Of a stretch of 64,000 nt of DNA, positions 17,807 through 27,726 are shown in pieces (the first letter of the stretch is position 1; every line of letters starts with the position of its first letter). Source of the DNA: Thermoplasmatales archaeon (GTDB lineage Archaea > Thermoplasmatota > Thermoplasmata > Thermoplasmatales > Thermoplasmataceae); assembly GCA_014874365.1 (NCBI GenBank), contig JACWAH010000001.1, positions 2,314 through 66,313 of the forward strand, written 5' to 3'. Under the pieces are notes generated by a model. It did no database searches and was not told the origin of the DNA. It worked only from the letters and a program-made list of their open reading frames with translations. The position numbers and the translations under genes were made by a program.

Positions 17807-19014
17807 TGAAACCTCTTCTTAGAAACATCATATTAATCAGCTCCCTAAGCACATTCATAGACGGCTACAACCTGCTTGTTATAACTCCGGTTTTACGAAC
17901 CCCTGGTTTTTTTGCAACAAATGCCATAACACTTTCAATTACCGCATCTTCCGCTATAATTGGGAATTTCCTGGGTGCTCTATTGCTTGGAAATCTTTCG
18001 GATAGACTTGGCAGGAAATACATGTTCTTATGGGACATAGTTTTCTTCATAATATTCGGAATAGTAGGGATATTTTCCACTTCCCTTTTAATGCTGGTCG
18101 TGTCGAGGTTCTTCCTTGGTATAGGGATAGGAGGGGATTACCCGATATCATCTACCATGGTTTCGGAATTTTCTCCGCAGTCAGGTAGGGGAAGAAATGT
18201 TGCTTTACTCGGATTTGGATGGACCATGGGATTTGCAGTCTCCATGATCTTTGGGGTATTATTATCATCATATGGTGCACAATCATGGAGATATATGCTG
18301 GTTCCCCCGGTGATATTCTCCGCTGTAGTTATCATTATGAGAAACTCGTTCTATGAATCAGAGATTTGGAAATCCGTCGTAAAGGGAAAGAAGTCTGCAG
18401 GCAAAATCAGGGCTCTGTTTTCACCTGCTCTGATAAGGGCCACTATGTTCATAGCGGGATTCTGGTTCCTCTTTGATGTTGTGCAATACGGTATTCTTGT
18501 CTACGCCCCAAGCGTGATGGCCGGGCTGGGATTCACAGGACATGAACAGCCTGTATATGCGTCACTCTTCATCGCTGTCGCAGAACTGATCGGTGTTTCA
18601 GCAGGAATATACCTCATCGGCACAATCGGCAGGAAGACGCTGCTGATCGCAGGTTTTGTTGGCATATCGATTGCCATGTTTATGGCAGTTTTTCACTATT
18701 CAGCTTTATTTTCAATTCTTGTAATCATGCTGTTCGGCATCTCTGCGGGCATAGGTCCGGGCATAATGGAATTCGTCCTCCCTCCAGAAAATTTCCCTGC
18801 AGAAGTGCGTGGAACCGGTGCTGGTTTCGGCAACACAATGAGTAGGCTCGGTGCGGCTGTTGGAGTACTTATTCAACCCATAATTATCGCTGCCTATGGC
18901 ACTTCGCCGGTTTTCATAGGATATTCATTTGTGGCTATAATCGCCATTGTCGTCGTAGCAAAGCTTGGAACCGAGACGGCACATTCAGAACTGCCTTCAA
19001 CGGTGATCAACTGA
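17806..19014 (+). CDS. MFS transporter
   Basis: 402 aa with about 12 TM segments. MFS motif A is GNLSDRLGRKYM. ATG overlaps the preceding stop (TAATG). Confidence 0.85.
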   Translation: MKPLLRNIILISSLSTFIDGYNLLVITPVLRTPGFFATNAITLSITASSAIIGNFLGALLLGNLSDRLGRKYMFLWDIVFFIIFGIVGIFSTSLLMLVVSRFFLGIGIGGDYPISSTMVSEFSPQSGRGRNVALLGFGWTMGFAVSMIFGVLLSSYGAQSWRYMLVPPVIFSAVVIIMRNSFYESEIWKSVVKGKKSAGKIRALFSPALIRATMFIAGFWFLFDVVQYGILVYAPSVMAGLGFTGHEQPVYASLFIAVAELIGVSAGIYLIGTIGRKTLLIAGFVGISIAMFMAVFHYSALFSILVIMLFGISAGIGPGIMEFVLPPENFPAEVRGTGAGFGNTMSRLGAAVGVLIQPIIIAAYGTSPVFIGYSFVAIIAIVVVAKLGTETAHSELPSTVIN

Positions 19015-19128
19015 TAGATTGGTTTTATCTGTCAAGGATCAGGATCGATAACCAGGGATGAATGAATATTAACAATCCCGTTCATGTTAGCTGTATTTCT
19101 TATTAATTGCTCCAGAATTAACCCGTCA

Positions 19129-19491
19129 ATGTTAATAGCGATTCCTGTTTCTGGAAACCAGATAAGCGGGCCAGGCGAAGCGAAGGAAATTCTGATAATG
19201 GACAGCGAAAACAATTACTCTATTATTGAGAGATACGAGAATCCTGCTCTTACGGCGACTTCTGCCCCTGGACTGCGAATGATCCAGTCACTAATTGAAA
19301 GAAAGGTTTTAGCATTGATAGTCGCCCACATTGGTGCGCATGCTTTTGAGTTAGCACACAAGAAACTCAGCATTTATAATTCTGACGGGCAAAGTATCGA
19401 CGCTGCTGTTTCTGCATATCGATCGGGAAGATTGCAGGAAGCCACAGCCGAACTTCCTGGTCACCACCATGATCACGGTCACGCTAATTGA
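19129..19491 (+). CDS. NifB/NifX/NifY-family (dinitrogenase FeMo-cofactor-binding-like) domain protein with His-rich tail
   Basis: MLIAIPVSGNQISGPGEAKEILIMD...LIVAHIGAHAFELAHKKLSIY... fits the NifX-type fold pattern. The C-terminus is PGHHHDHGHAN. Start chosen at ATG 19129; the track ORF starts at 19084. Confidence 0.65.
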   Translation: MLIAIPVSGNQISGPGEAKEILIMDSENNYSIIERYENPALTATSAPGLRMIQSLIERKVLALIVAHIGAHAFELAHKKLSIYNSDGQSIDAAVSAYRSGRLQEATAELPGHHHDHGHAN

Positions 19492-19539
19492 AAGGAAGTT
19501 ATTCCCTCGAGAATTGACTGCCTCTTTAATCAAAGGCAT

Positions 19540-19656
19540 ATGAAAAGTTCTCCATACCCGGTGTTACCTTCAATGGAGGTGCACTTGATAATTGGGGCAG
19601 TTATTGTAGCAGCAGTAATTGTAACGGCAGTCGCATTAATTCTGAGAATGAAATAA
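19540..19656 (+). CDS. Possible 38-aa single-pass membrane micro-protein
   Basis: MKSSPYPVLPSMEVHLIIGAVIVAAVIVTAVALILRMK has one clean hydrophobic helix flanked by charges. It starts 49 nt after the NifX-like gene. No homology was recognised. Confidence 0.3.
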   Translation: MKSSPYPVLPSMEVHLIIGAVIVAAVIVTAVALILRMK

Positions 19657-19885
19657 ATCAGCTGTTAAGAATTACCTAAACCTCCCTAAGTTAACGGGGA
19701 CGGTAATAATTAAGATATGATAACAGAATTATGTTCATAGCCAGGCGTTTTGTGACAAATTTCTCACGTGTTTTTCAGGGAGTATTGGATCGATGGCTGT
19801 TGTTAGAAATTCTCACACAGTTAAGATAAGTCAATCATCTTAAAGGTTAACGAGTTTTACTGCTGGCACTGAAGAATAAAACAAC

Positions 19886-21139
19886 GTGGCAAATATGAGA
19901 AAGGAATTTGGTAAACTACTTTCAGTCAATGAAGTACGGGAGCTGATTAAAAATAGGCTCGTGCTCCCAATTGAGCCTGAGATAATCAATGTTGAAAATT
20001 CCATGGGCAGGATGATCTTTATCGACATATGTGCCGGGAAGGACAATCCCATACTTCCCAGATCAGCAATGGATGGTTTTGCTGTCAGATCTAAAGATAC
20101 AATGGAAGCGGCCGGAGAAAACGAAGTTGAAATAACTATTTCCGGAGAAGTCAGGATAGGCGAGTTTCCAGAGCACCAGGATGGAGATAGGATTTGTATC
20201 AGGATTGCCACTGGAGGATATGTTCCAGAATCGTTTGATGCAGTCGTACCAGTGGAGCAAACTGAGGAATACGATGGAAAAATCATAATAAACAACAGAT
20301 ACAGGCCTGGCGAAAACATAGATCCCAAAGGTTCTGACTACAAGGAAGGGGAAGTACTGCTCAGGAGGGGTACTATCATAAAGTCGAAAGATATTCTTGC
20401 AATGACTTCACTGGGGAAAGGTTCAGTCGAAGTCCTTAAGAAGGTAAAAGTTGCAGTTTCACCCACAGGGAATGAGCTGGTTCCATTTGGGTCTAAGGCG
20501 CCAGACTTTTCAATTTACGACTCAAATAGCTGGGGGGTCAAGACTGCGCTTGAGGAGGTTGGGCAGTTTGAAGTCCGCCACCATGGAATCTTACGCGATG
20601 AAGAATCCCTGGTTTCTGAAGCAATGGCTGTAATGCTGAAGCAAAGTGACCTGGTGATAACCACTGGAGGTACCTCAACTGGAGAAAAAGATCTGGTTTA
20701 CAAGGTATTGGAGGAATACGAACCGGGGATAATCTTCCACGGAATAGGCACAAAGCCCGGAATGCCATCTCTTTTTGCAATAGCGGGAGGCAAGCCGGTA
20801 ATCGGCCTCCCTGGGCCACCAGTGTCTGCAATGATGGTTCTCTATGAATTGTTCATTCCAGGTATGCTTGAAAACCTTGGGATTTCCGGTTTACCTGTTA
20901 AAATCAGAGCCAGGTTGGGAGAAAGGGCCAGGATTACCAGAAGCAGGTATAATATGATACCCGTAGCACTAAACCAGGAATCTGGCAGAGAACCTGTGGT
21001 ATATCCACTTCCCGGTGGATCAGGCGCTGTCTCCAGGCTGGCTAAGGCGCAGGGATACATTGTGCATCCTGGTGGTTTGGATTTTCTCGAAGCCGGAACA
21101 GAAGTTATGGTGATGCCATTTTCCAGAATCCTGTTATGA
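19886..21139 (+). CDS. moeA: Molybdopterin molybdenumtransferase MoeA
   Basis: 417 aa. SAMDGFAV, RIATGGYVPE, SPTGNELV, ITTGGTSTGEKD and GLPGPPVSA are classic MoeA motifs. There is a GTG at 19886 and an alternative ATG at 19895. Confidence 0.9.
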   Translation: MANMRKEFGKLLSVNEVRELIKNRLVLPIEPEIINVENSMGRMIFIDICAGKDNPILPRSAMDGFAVRSKDTMEAAGENEVEITISGEVRIGEFPEHQDGDRICIRIATGGYVPESFDAVVPVEQTEEYDGKIIINNRYRPGENIDPKGSDYKEGEVLLRRGTIIKSKDILAMTSLGKGSVEVLKKVKVAVSPTGNELVPFGSKAPDFSIYDSNSWGVKTALEEVGQFEVRHHGILRDEESLVSEAMAVMLKQSDLVITTGGTSTGEKDLVYKVLEEYEPGIIFHGIGTKPGMPSLFAIAGGKPVIGLPGPPVSAMMVLYELFIPGMLENLGISGLPVKIRARLGERARITRSRYNMIPVALNQESGREPVVYPLPGGSGAVSRLAKAQGYIVHPGGLDFLEAGTEVMVMPFSRILL

Positions 21140-21144
21140 TGACC

Positions 21145-21699
21145 TCATTTGCAGTCATTTAAGTCAAGCGAATCCAGGTCTTCAGGATAATTCACGTTGA
21201 CAAAGCTTTTAAAATTTTTATCAGTGATCCTATACTCTTTATGCGGGATTGGTTGGATAAACTCATGTAGGCTGCTCTTTCCGTTTATCAGGTTTCTATG
21301 GAGAATACCCGCCATATCAGCGTTATAAATGCTATGAAGCGGCTCAATGGTGCCATTCTGATGTACAGGTACAACACTCATACCGTTCGACATTGCAATC
21401 ATTTCGTCAATCACTTCATGTGAAACACAGGGCATGTCCCCGGCTATGGCGAAGATTTCTCCAAACGTTTGAATGGCCAGCAAAAGTGAATCTCCAATTG
21501 ATCCCGTTGAAGTGTCCATCTTGTTTTCACACAGGCTTGAGCGAATATCGGGACTCTTGGCAAACAGGATCACCCCTCCAATCCTTCTCGATAATTGTAT
21601 TCTTTCAACTACCCGATCAACCATTGTTTTTCCGTTTATGACCACATTGTGTTTTCCGGGAAATCTCGTGCTATTTTTTACAAAGACAACAGCGATCAT
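21145..21699 (-). CDS. mobA: MobA-like nucleotidyltransferase, probable molybdenum cofactor guanylyltransferase
   Basis: 184 aa. The N-terminal nucleotide-binding strand is MIAVVFVKNSTRFPGK. IFAIAGDMPCV, EPLHSIY and C-terminal NVNYPEDL follow the MobA pattern. It is adjacent to moeA and divergent from the formate dehydrogenase genes. Confidence 0.65.
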   Translation of the reverse strand: MIAVVFVKNSTRFPGKHNVVINGKTMVDRVVERIQLSRRIGGVILFAKSPDIRSSLCENKMDTSTGSIGDSLLLAIQTFGEIFAIAGDMPCVSHEVIDEMIAMSNGMSVVPVHQNGTIEPLHSIYNADMAGILHRNLINGKSSLHEFIQPIPHKEYRITDKNFKSFVNVNYPEDLDSLDLNDCK

Positions 21700-22043
21700 G
21701 AACGGGCAATCCCTGGATGAAAATGCTTTGCTAGTTCAAAAATCGTTCCTTTGGAAGTAATATAACCATTATCCCGGACATAATTTCCCTTAATGGATAA
21801 CCTGATAATTCCGGCTAAAGTTGGGGTTTTCTCCAGTTTACCCTTACTTCGTTGGTCTTACTATTAAATTGTAATTGAAAATATGCTAACTGTCATGGCC
21901 GAATTTAGGATCAAGAAGAACAGTCCAGCCTGGATTTCCCTCAGCATTGTTAAAACCCCTGCAGCAACACGCTTGCGGGAGCATCCGTCTTTTGGATTTT
22001 CAGATATATTGGCATCGCGCAAGAACGAACAGTGGCGATTTAA

Positions 22044-23609
22044 TTGAATGCCGAAAAAAATATCCTTAGAGCAATTGAAGAGGGCATTGCGAAAGGTAAG
22101 TTTGGGAAAACGGAGAAACAGAAAATTGCGAAGGAATTCGGCGTCCCGATTTCTAACGTTGAATCAATATATTCATTTTACAGCTTCGATAATGGCGAAG
22201 ACAAGATATGCACTGGTCTTCCATGTGCCCTGAAACGAGAAAGTTCCAAAAGTAGTATACTCCCTGACAGAAAGTTAGAGGAAGAATCGTGCCTTGGGTA
22301 TTGCGACAAGGCACCGGTACTACGGTTAGATGGAAAATACGTCACCATGCATGGTGTTTCGTTTTCTGAAATCGAGGAAAGCACCTCCGATTATGTGAAA
22401 AAACACAGGGAGAGCATCGATAAATACGTCCAGAGAGGTGGGTACACAGCTTTGAACGCAATAATGGTCACGGGAGGCAAAACCGAAACGCTTGATATTT
22501 TAGTAAAATCGGGCCTGAAAGGCATGGGGGGTGCCGGATTTCCAGTATCCTTGAAATGGGAATCCTTTATGCAAAACCGTACAGACGACTCTATATTGCT
22601 TGTAAATGCTCACGAGGGGGAGCCTGGAACGTTCAAGGACAGGATTACGCTTGAACTCAGGCCACATGAATTACTTGAGGGGGCATTAATCGCTGCACGG
22701 GTTAACGGCGTCTGGAAAATAGTCATCGGATTAAAGAAGGAGTATTCCCAGGCCATGGCGAGTTTGGAGATCGCCATAGGAGAATTAAAAGAACTTTACA
22801 AGGGGAGAGAAACAGAAGCCCTGTTACCAGGGATTGAAGTCGCTAGACTTGGTGGATCTTACGTAACCGGTGAGGAAACTGCACTTATGGAGGGAATTGA
22901 AGGGAGGAGAAGCGAACCCAGGCTTCGACCCCCATTCCCGACCGAAAACGGGTTATTTGGAAAACCAACACTGGTTCACAATGTTGAGACTCTTGCGGCG
23001 ATTGCCGAAATCTCCAGGTCTGGCTTCAAGTCATTCAGGAAGAAATACTGTGTAACTGGAGACGTTAAAAAACCGGGTATTTACTCTGCGCCGCTGGGGA
23101 CTACTGCAAAAGAAATGATTGAAAAATACGCTGGCAATGGCAGTGAAGAGCTAAAAGCAATTATGCCTGGCGGTTTGTCAGGAGGCATTCTGCCCGCTTC
23201 GTTTGTCGACCTTAACCTTGACTTTGACAGCGTGCGCAAGGCTGGAGCGGGAATGGGAACCGGCGCTCTTATCGTGCTTTCGAAGAACCGGTGCACAGTT
23301 GAAACGTTAAGACAGATATCTGAGTTTTTTAAAAATGAATCGTGTGGAAAATGCATGCCATGCCGCTACGGCACCAAAGAAATAAATGAGGTCCTTACAA
23401 AAATCACGAGGGGAAAGGCAGCTGAGAAAGACATTGAGGCAGCAAAGGAGGCCTCTAATGCAATGATTAATGGATCCATATGCGCTCTTGGCCAGGTCGC
23501 AGGAAAACTATTCCTGGATTCCTTAAAACACTTCGGTGGCGAATTCGAGGAGCATTTGGAGGAGAAGTGTGAAGCGCAGGTCTGCAAATTCAGTGGTGAA
23601 CTGAATTGA
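22044..23609 (+). CDS. NAD-linked formate dehydrogenase beta subunit (fused NuoE-like / NuoF-like; FMN, NAD and Fe-S binding)
   Basis: 521 aa. N-terminal thioredoxin-like 2Fe-2S Cys pattern (CTGLPC...CLGYCDKAP), then GLKGMGGAGFP, NAHEGEPGTFKDR and ESCGKCMPCRYG (NuoF motifs). A TTG start is needed to retain the NuoE-like part. Confidence 0.85.
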   Translation: MNAEKNILRAIEEGIAKGKFGKTEKQKIAKEFGVPISNVESIYSFYSFDNGEDKICTGLPCALKRESSKSSILPDRKLEEESCLGYCDKAPVLRLDGKYVTMHGVSFSEIEESTSDYVKKHRESIDKYVQRGGYTALNAIMVTGGKTETLDILVKSGLKGMGGAGFPVSLKWESFMQNRTDDSILLVNAHEGEPGTFKDRITLELRPHELLEGALIAARVNGVWKIVIGLKKEYSQAMASLEIAIGELKELYKGRETEALLPGIEVARLGGSYVTGEETALMEGIEGRRSEPRLRPPFPTENGLFGKPTLVHNVETLAAIAEISRSGFKSFRKKYCVTGDVKKPGIYSAPLGTTAKEMIEKYAGNGSEELKAIMPGGLSGGILPASFVDLNLDFDSVRKAGAGMGTGALIVLSKNRCTVETLRQISEFFKNESCGKCMPCRYGTKEINEVLTKITRGKAAEKDIEAAKEASNAMINGSICALGQVAGKLFLDSLKHFGGEFEEHLEEKCEAQVCKFSGELN

Positions 23610-26287
23610 ACATAACCCTGGATGGTCAGGAGATAGCCTGTTCTGAGGGTGAATCCATTTTGCAGGTTTCCAGAAGATCAGGGATAGAAATCCCCACGCT
23701 CTGCAGTTTTGAAGGATATGAAAACGGGGTCTGCAGGCTGTGCATGGTCCAGGTTGAAGGATCCCCTAAAATGATCCCTTCATGTTCCACCACAGCAAGG
23801 GACAAAATGAAAATAGTGACAGATTCCCCGGAGATTCTGGAATACAGGAAAGCGCTTCTTACCTTAATAATGAAAAACCATGGGGATCATCAGGATGGAA
23901 AAGAGGATAAATGTTCCCTTCACGCACTGGCAAAGAAATACTCAGTCACCAGGGTTCCTGAAGTTGAACTGGTGTCAAAAATCGACAGGAGTCATCCAGC
24001 ATTGGATTTTGACCCGGGGCTGTGCATTAAATGCAGAAAATGCCTGGTAGCATGCGTTGATGAGCAGAGCAACGACGTAATCGGCCTGTCAGGAAAAGGC
24101 CAAAATCTGAAGGTAATTTTTGATTCCGGGGAGGATCTTGGTTCATCCAGCTGCGTTTCATGCGGCGCCTGCGCAGATGTGTGCCCATCCGGCGCCCTGA
24201 TTGAGAGGGATTGGAAGAAGGCTGACAGGACGGTGGAGTCTACCTGCCCGTATTGTGCAGTAGGTTGTACAATTGAGTATGGCATCAGGGGAAACAGTAT
24301 TGTCTGGGCTCGCGGAGTAAAGGAGAATTCCGTTAACGAAGGAAAACTCTGTGTCAAAGGGAAATTCGGGTTTGAATTCGAGTCAAGTAAAGACAGGCTG
24401 CTTTATCCGCTTGTCAGAAAGGATGGATTCAAGAGGGAACCTCTTAACGGGCGTAAAGTTGAGGAAGTATTCAGGAGGGCATCCTGGGATGAAGCTCTGG
24501 ATATAGTATCTAATAAAATTATATCGGTAAAAGCGGAATATGGTATAAATTCAATTGCAGGAATCGCATGCGACAGGGCCACAAACGAGGATGTTTACGC
24601 ATTTCAGAAATTTATGCGTGCCGTCATCGGGACGGATAACGTAGATCAGTCGGCCACACTCTGCCATTCCCCCTCTGCAAGAATGCTTGCCTGGGGACTC
24701 GGGGCGGGGTCATCAACCAATCCAATAAGCGACGTTATCAATTCTAAAACCATAATGGTTGTTGGGTCAAATACAGACCGGGCACATCCGGTAGCAAGTT
24801 CGTTTATCAAGAAGGCAGCGAAGAAGGGTGCACATCTCATTGTTGTGGACCCAAGGAAAGTCGAACTGGCCGAGAAAGCCAACACTTTTTTGCAGATAAA
24901 ACCAGGCTCCGATACTTATCTGTTTTCCGTAATGGCAAGATACATCGTTGAGAACAATCTCTACGATCCAGAATATGTAAAAAACCACACGGAAGGCTTC
25001 GACGAATTCATTGACAGCTTGAAAGTTTTTGACCCTGCTTCCGCAGAGAAAATAACAGGAATCAAGAGAGAGGAAATTGAGGGAGTGGCAAGGCTATACG
25101 CTGAAAACAAGCCGTCCAGCATTTACTGGACACTTGGAATTACAGAACACATCAATGGTTCTGATAACGTTTCTTCACTGGTAAACCTGGCAATTCTCAC
25201 AGGGAATATTGGCATACCCGGTGGCGGACTCAACCCATTGAGGGGGCAGAATAATGTCCAGGGTGCAGCGGACGTCGGCGGCTCACCCGGTTCTCTTCCG
25301 GGGTACCAGAGCCTGCTTGACCCCGCAATACGAAATAAGTTCGAATCAAATTGGAAAGTTTCCCTGCCTGGAGAAATTGGATGGAAAAGTACCGAAATGA
25401 TCGAAAAGGCTAATTCAGGTAAGCTGAAACTCATGTATATCACTGGAGAAAATTCCATTAGGAGCCATCCAAATTCCACTGAAGTAGAAAACGCATTTCA
25501 GGCTCTTGATTTCCTGATTGTCCAGGACATATTTCTAACAGAAACTGCCGAATTTGCAGATGTGATTCTTCCAGCTGCATCCTCCTTCGAGAAGACAGGA
25601 ACTTTCACCAATACAGAAAGGAGGATCCAAATGGTAAGGCAGCTGTTTAGCCCACCCGGAGAGGCAAAAGCCGATTGGGAAATATACACGGAGCTATCCA
25701 GGAAGATAGGATTGGATCTGTCTTATACAGACTCGTCAGAAATAATGGATGAAATAGCTGAATTGGTTCCCGCATGGAAAGGAGTGAGCCATTCCAGGCT
25801 GGAAAATGGAGGGCTCTCCTGGCCAGTGCCGTCATTCGATTCTAGCGGAACTTCTATACTGCACATTGGAAACGCAATGAGGGGAAAGGCAAAATTCAGG
25901 GCACTGGGATGGAACAGGGAAGAAGATGCAAAGTATCCATACGTTCTCATAACCGGACGAAAGAGGGAGCATTATCACACCGCAACTATGACATCCAGGT
26001 CAGGGGTAATCAACAGAATTACGGAAGGCCCATTTCTTGAAATGAGCCTGGGTGACATGAGGCGTGAAAATCTTGTCAACGGAGATACCGTTGAAGTGGA
26101 ATCCTCATCCGGAAAGATTACCTGCAGGGTAAAAGGGAGTGAAAACCTCACTTCTGGGGTAACGTTTACAACATTCCATTTCCCGGAGCTTCCCGTGAAC
26201 ATCCTGACCCCTTCTACCCTCGATCCTTTCACTAAAACTCCGGCTTTCAAGGATACAAGAATAAAGGTGAGGAAGATAATGAATTAG
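23606..26287 (+). CDS. fdhA: Formate dehydrogenase alpha subunit (molybdopterin oxidoreductase with N-terminal 2Fe-2S/4Fe-4S domains), Cys type
   Basis: 893 aa. N-terminal ferredoxin-like Cys clusters (CIKCRKCLVAC, CVSCGACADVCP, CPYCAVGC). QSATLCHSPSA has Cys where selenoenzymes have Sec. C-terminal molydop_binding segment. There is a 4-nt overlap with the beta subunit. Confidence 0.9.
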   Translation: MNITLDGQEIACSEGESILQVSRRSGIEIPTLCSFEGYENGVCRLCMVQVEGSPKMIPSCSTTARDKMKIVTDSPEILEYRKALLTLIMKNHGDHQDGKEDKCSLHALAKKYSVTRVPEVELVSKIDRSHPALDFDPGLCIKCRKCLVACVDEQSNDVIGLSGKGQNLKVIFDSGEDLGSSSCVSCGACADVCPSGALIERDWKKADRTVESTCPYCAVGCTIEYGIRGNSIVWARGVKENSVNEGKLCVKGKFGFEFESSKDRLLYPLVRKDGFKREPLNGRKVEEVFRRASWDEALDIVSNKIISVKAEYGINSIAGIACDRATNEDVYAFQKFMRAVIGTDNVDQSATLCHSPSARMLAWGLGAGSSTNPISDVINSKTIMVVGSNTDRAHPVASSFIKKAAKKGAHLIVVDPRKVELAEKANTFLQIKPGSDTYLFSVMARYIVENNLYDPEYVKNHTEGFDEFIDSLKVFDPASAEKITGIKREEIEGVARLYAENKPSSIYWTLGITEHINGSDNVSSLVNLAILTGNIGIPGGGLNPLRGQNNVQGAADVGGSPGSLPGYQSLLDPAIRNKFESNWKVSLPGEIGWKSTEMIEKANSGKLKLMYITGENSIRSHPNSTEVENAFQALDFLIVQDIFLTETAEFADVILPAASSFEKTGTFTNTERRIQMVRQLFSPPGEAKADWEIYTELSRKIGLDLSYTDSSEIMDEIAELVPAWKGVSHSRLENGGLSWPVPSFDSSGTSILHIGNAMRGKAKFRALGWNREEDAKYPYVLITGRKREHYHTATMTSRSGVINRITEGPFLEMSLGDMRRENLVNGDTVEVESSSGKITCRVKGSENLTSGVTFTTFHFPELPVNILTPSTLDPFTKTPAFKDTRIKVRKIMN

Positions 26288-26465
26288 GTATTTGCAATCT
26301 CGCTCAAATCCTGATTCTTTTCCTGTAAATAGGGCTTCGATTAAATCAGGCTGGCACTCGTTTAGCGGTGCCTGTATATAAATAGATGTCATTTTCTTCA
26401 CACCGGGTTTAACGGATTAAGGTTATATGTGACTCCAGAATGCCGCATTTTGCTGGTGTAAGGGG

Positions 26466-27701
26466 ATGTCTACATTCACGGGAAACTACGTTTCGCTCAT
26501 GAAGAACAGGCCCGTGATTTTGGTTTCTGCTGCCCAGCTAATACGCATATTCGGGCGGAGCCAGACCTGGATATTTTTACCAGTATATCTCTATGAATTC
26601 AGGGGTGTACAGTATTACGTGATAGGGTTGTTATTCACAGTTACCGCGTTGCTCTCAATTCCAGTCAGCATTTATGGCGGAAATCTGTGCGACAGGCTGG
26701 GCAGGCGGAAGGTTGCACTTATATCAATGCCTTTCGGAATTCTCGTGTTCTTTGTACTATTCCTTACAGCGTACCTGAACCTTCCAACAATCCTGCTCTT
26801 CATAGCTTTGATGTCTTCAGAGCCATTATTCTCAATTCAGTGGATCGTTGATAATGCAATAATCAGCGATACTGTACCGGAAGTGCAGAGAACCGATGCG
26901 TTTTCAATTACGAGGATAGCAGGAAATCTTGGTTTTTCTCTTGGTCCTGCTGTAGGTGGATTTCTTTCGGAACTCAACATGAGCTACGTATTTCTGTCTA
27001 CGTTGATTATGAGCGTTGTCGAGCTCTCTATTTATTTCATGCTTAAAGAAACAAACAAGCATATGGCTACTGGAAGATCTGCAGTCTCGTTTCCGAAGAG
27101 TGACAAGAAATTCATCGCCCTTGCTTTCCTGATGGCATCAATATGGTTTGTTGCGGGACAGTGGGGAACGACCCTTACTTTATTCTGGAGTTCATTTGAC
27201 CATGTTTCCAACTATACAATAGGTATTCTATATTCACTTAATGGAATATTCGTGGTTCTGTTGCAGCTTCCAGTCAACAGGCTGATGATCAATCTCAGGG
27301 ATCATGTCAGGATGTTTATTGGAGGAATGATATACGTGCTGAGTTTCTTCGCACTGACCTTTTTCTCCGGTTTCATTTTCCTGGTTATCGATGTGTTCTT
27401 TCTCACGATGGGTGAAAACACGATTTCGCCGGTTACAAATTCTGTCATATCAAAACTTGCTCCGGAAGACAGGAGGGGAGAATATTTTGGAGGATTTTAC
27501 CTGATTTCGGGTTTCGTAATGCCATTGGCTCCATTGATGGGAACTTCACTGATGCAGTATTTTTCCTATTCTCCATTAATTTTCTGGGGAATTATTGCAG
27601 TTATAGGAACCACCATCTCTGTATTCATGCTGAAGGTTGGAGGCAGGATAATTTCAACCAGGGAGGCTGGAACTGGAGGTGTAATCCCTGTTAAGGAGTG
27701 A
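26466..27701 (+). CDS. MFS transporter
   Basis: 411 aa with about 12 TM segments. Motif A-like segment is GGNLCDRLGRRKV. Confidence 0.8.
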   Translation: MSTFTGNYVSLMKNRPVILVSAAQLIRIFGRSQTWIFLPVYLYEFRGVQYYVIGLLFTVTALLSIPVSIYGGNLCDRLGRRKVALISMPFGILVFFVLFLTAYLNLPTILLFIALMSSEPLFSIQWIVDNAIISDTVPEVQRTDAFSITRIAGNLGFSLGPAVGGFLSELNMSYVFLSTLIMSVVELSIYFMLKETNKHMATGRSAVSFPKSDKKFIALAFLMASIWFVAGQWGTTLTLFWSSFDHVSNYTIGILYSLNGIFVVLLQLPVNRLMINLRDHVRMFIGGMIYVLSFFALTFFSGFIFLVIDVFFLTMGENTISPVTNSVISKLAPEDRRGEYFGGFYLISGFVMPLAPLMGTSLMQYFSYSPLIFWGIIAVIGTTISVFMLKVGGRIISTREAGTGGVIPVKE

Positions 27702-27726
27702 TTCTGTCAGGTTCAATGATACAATA

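Noticed and set aside
24640-24680. Selenocysteine (in-frame TGA) in the formate dehydrogenase alpha subunit
   Set aside because: The ORF is uninterrupted. The position equivalent to Sec is a Cys codon (ATLCHSPSA), so no recoding is needed.
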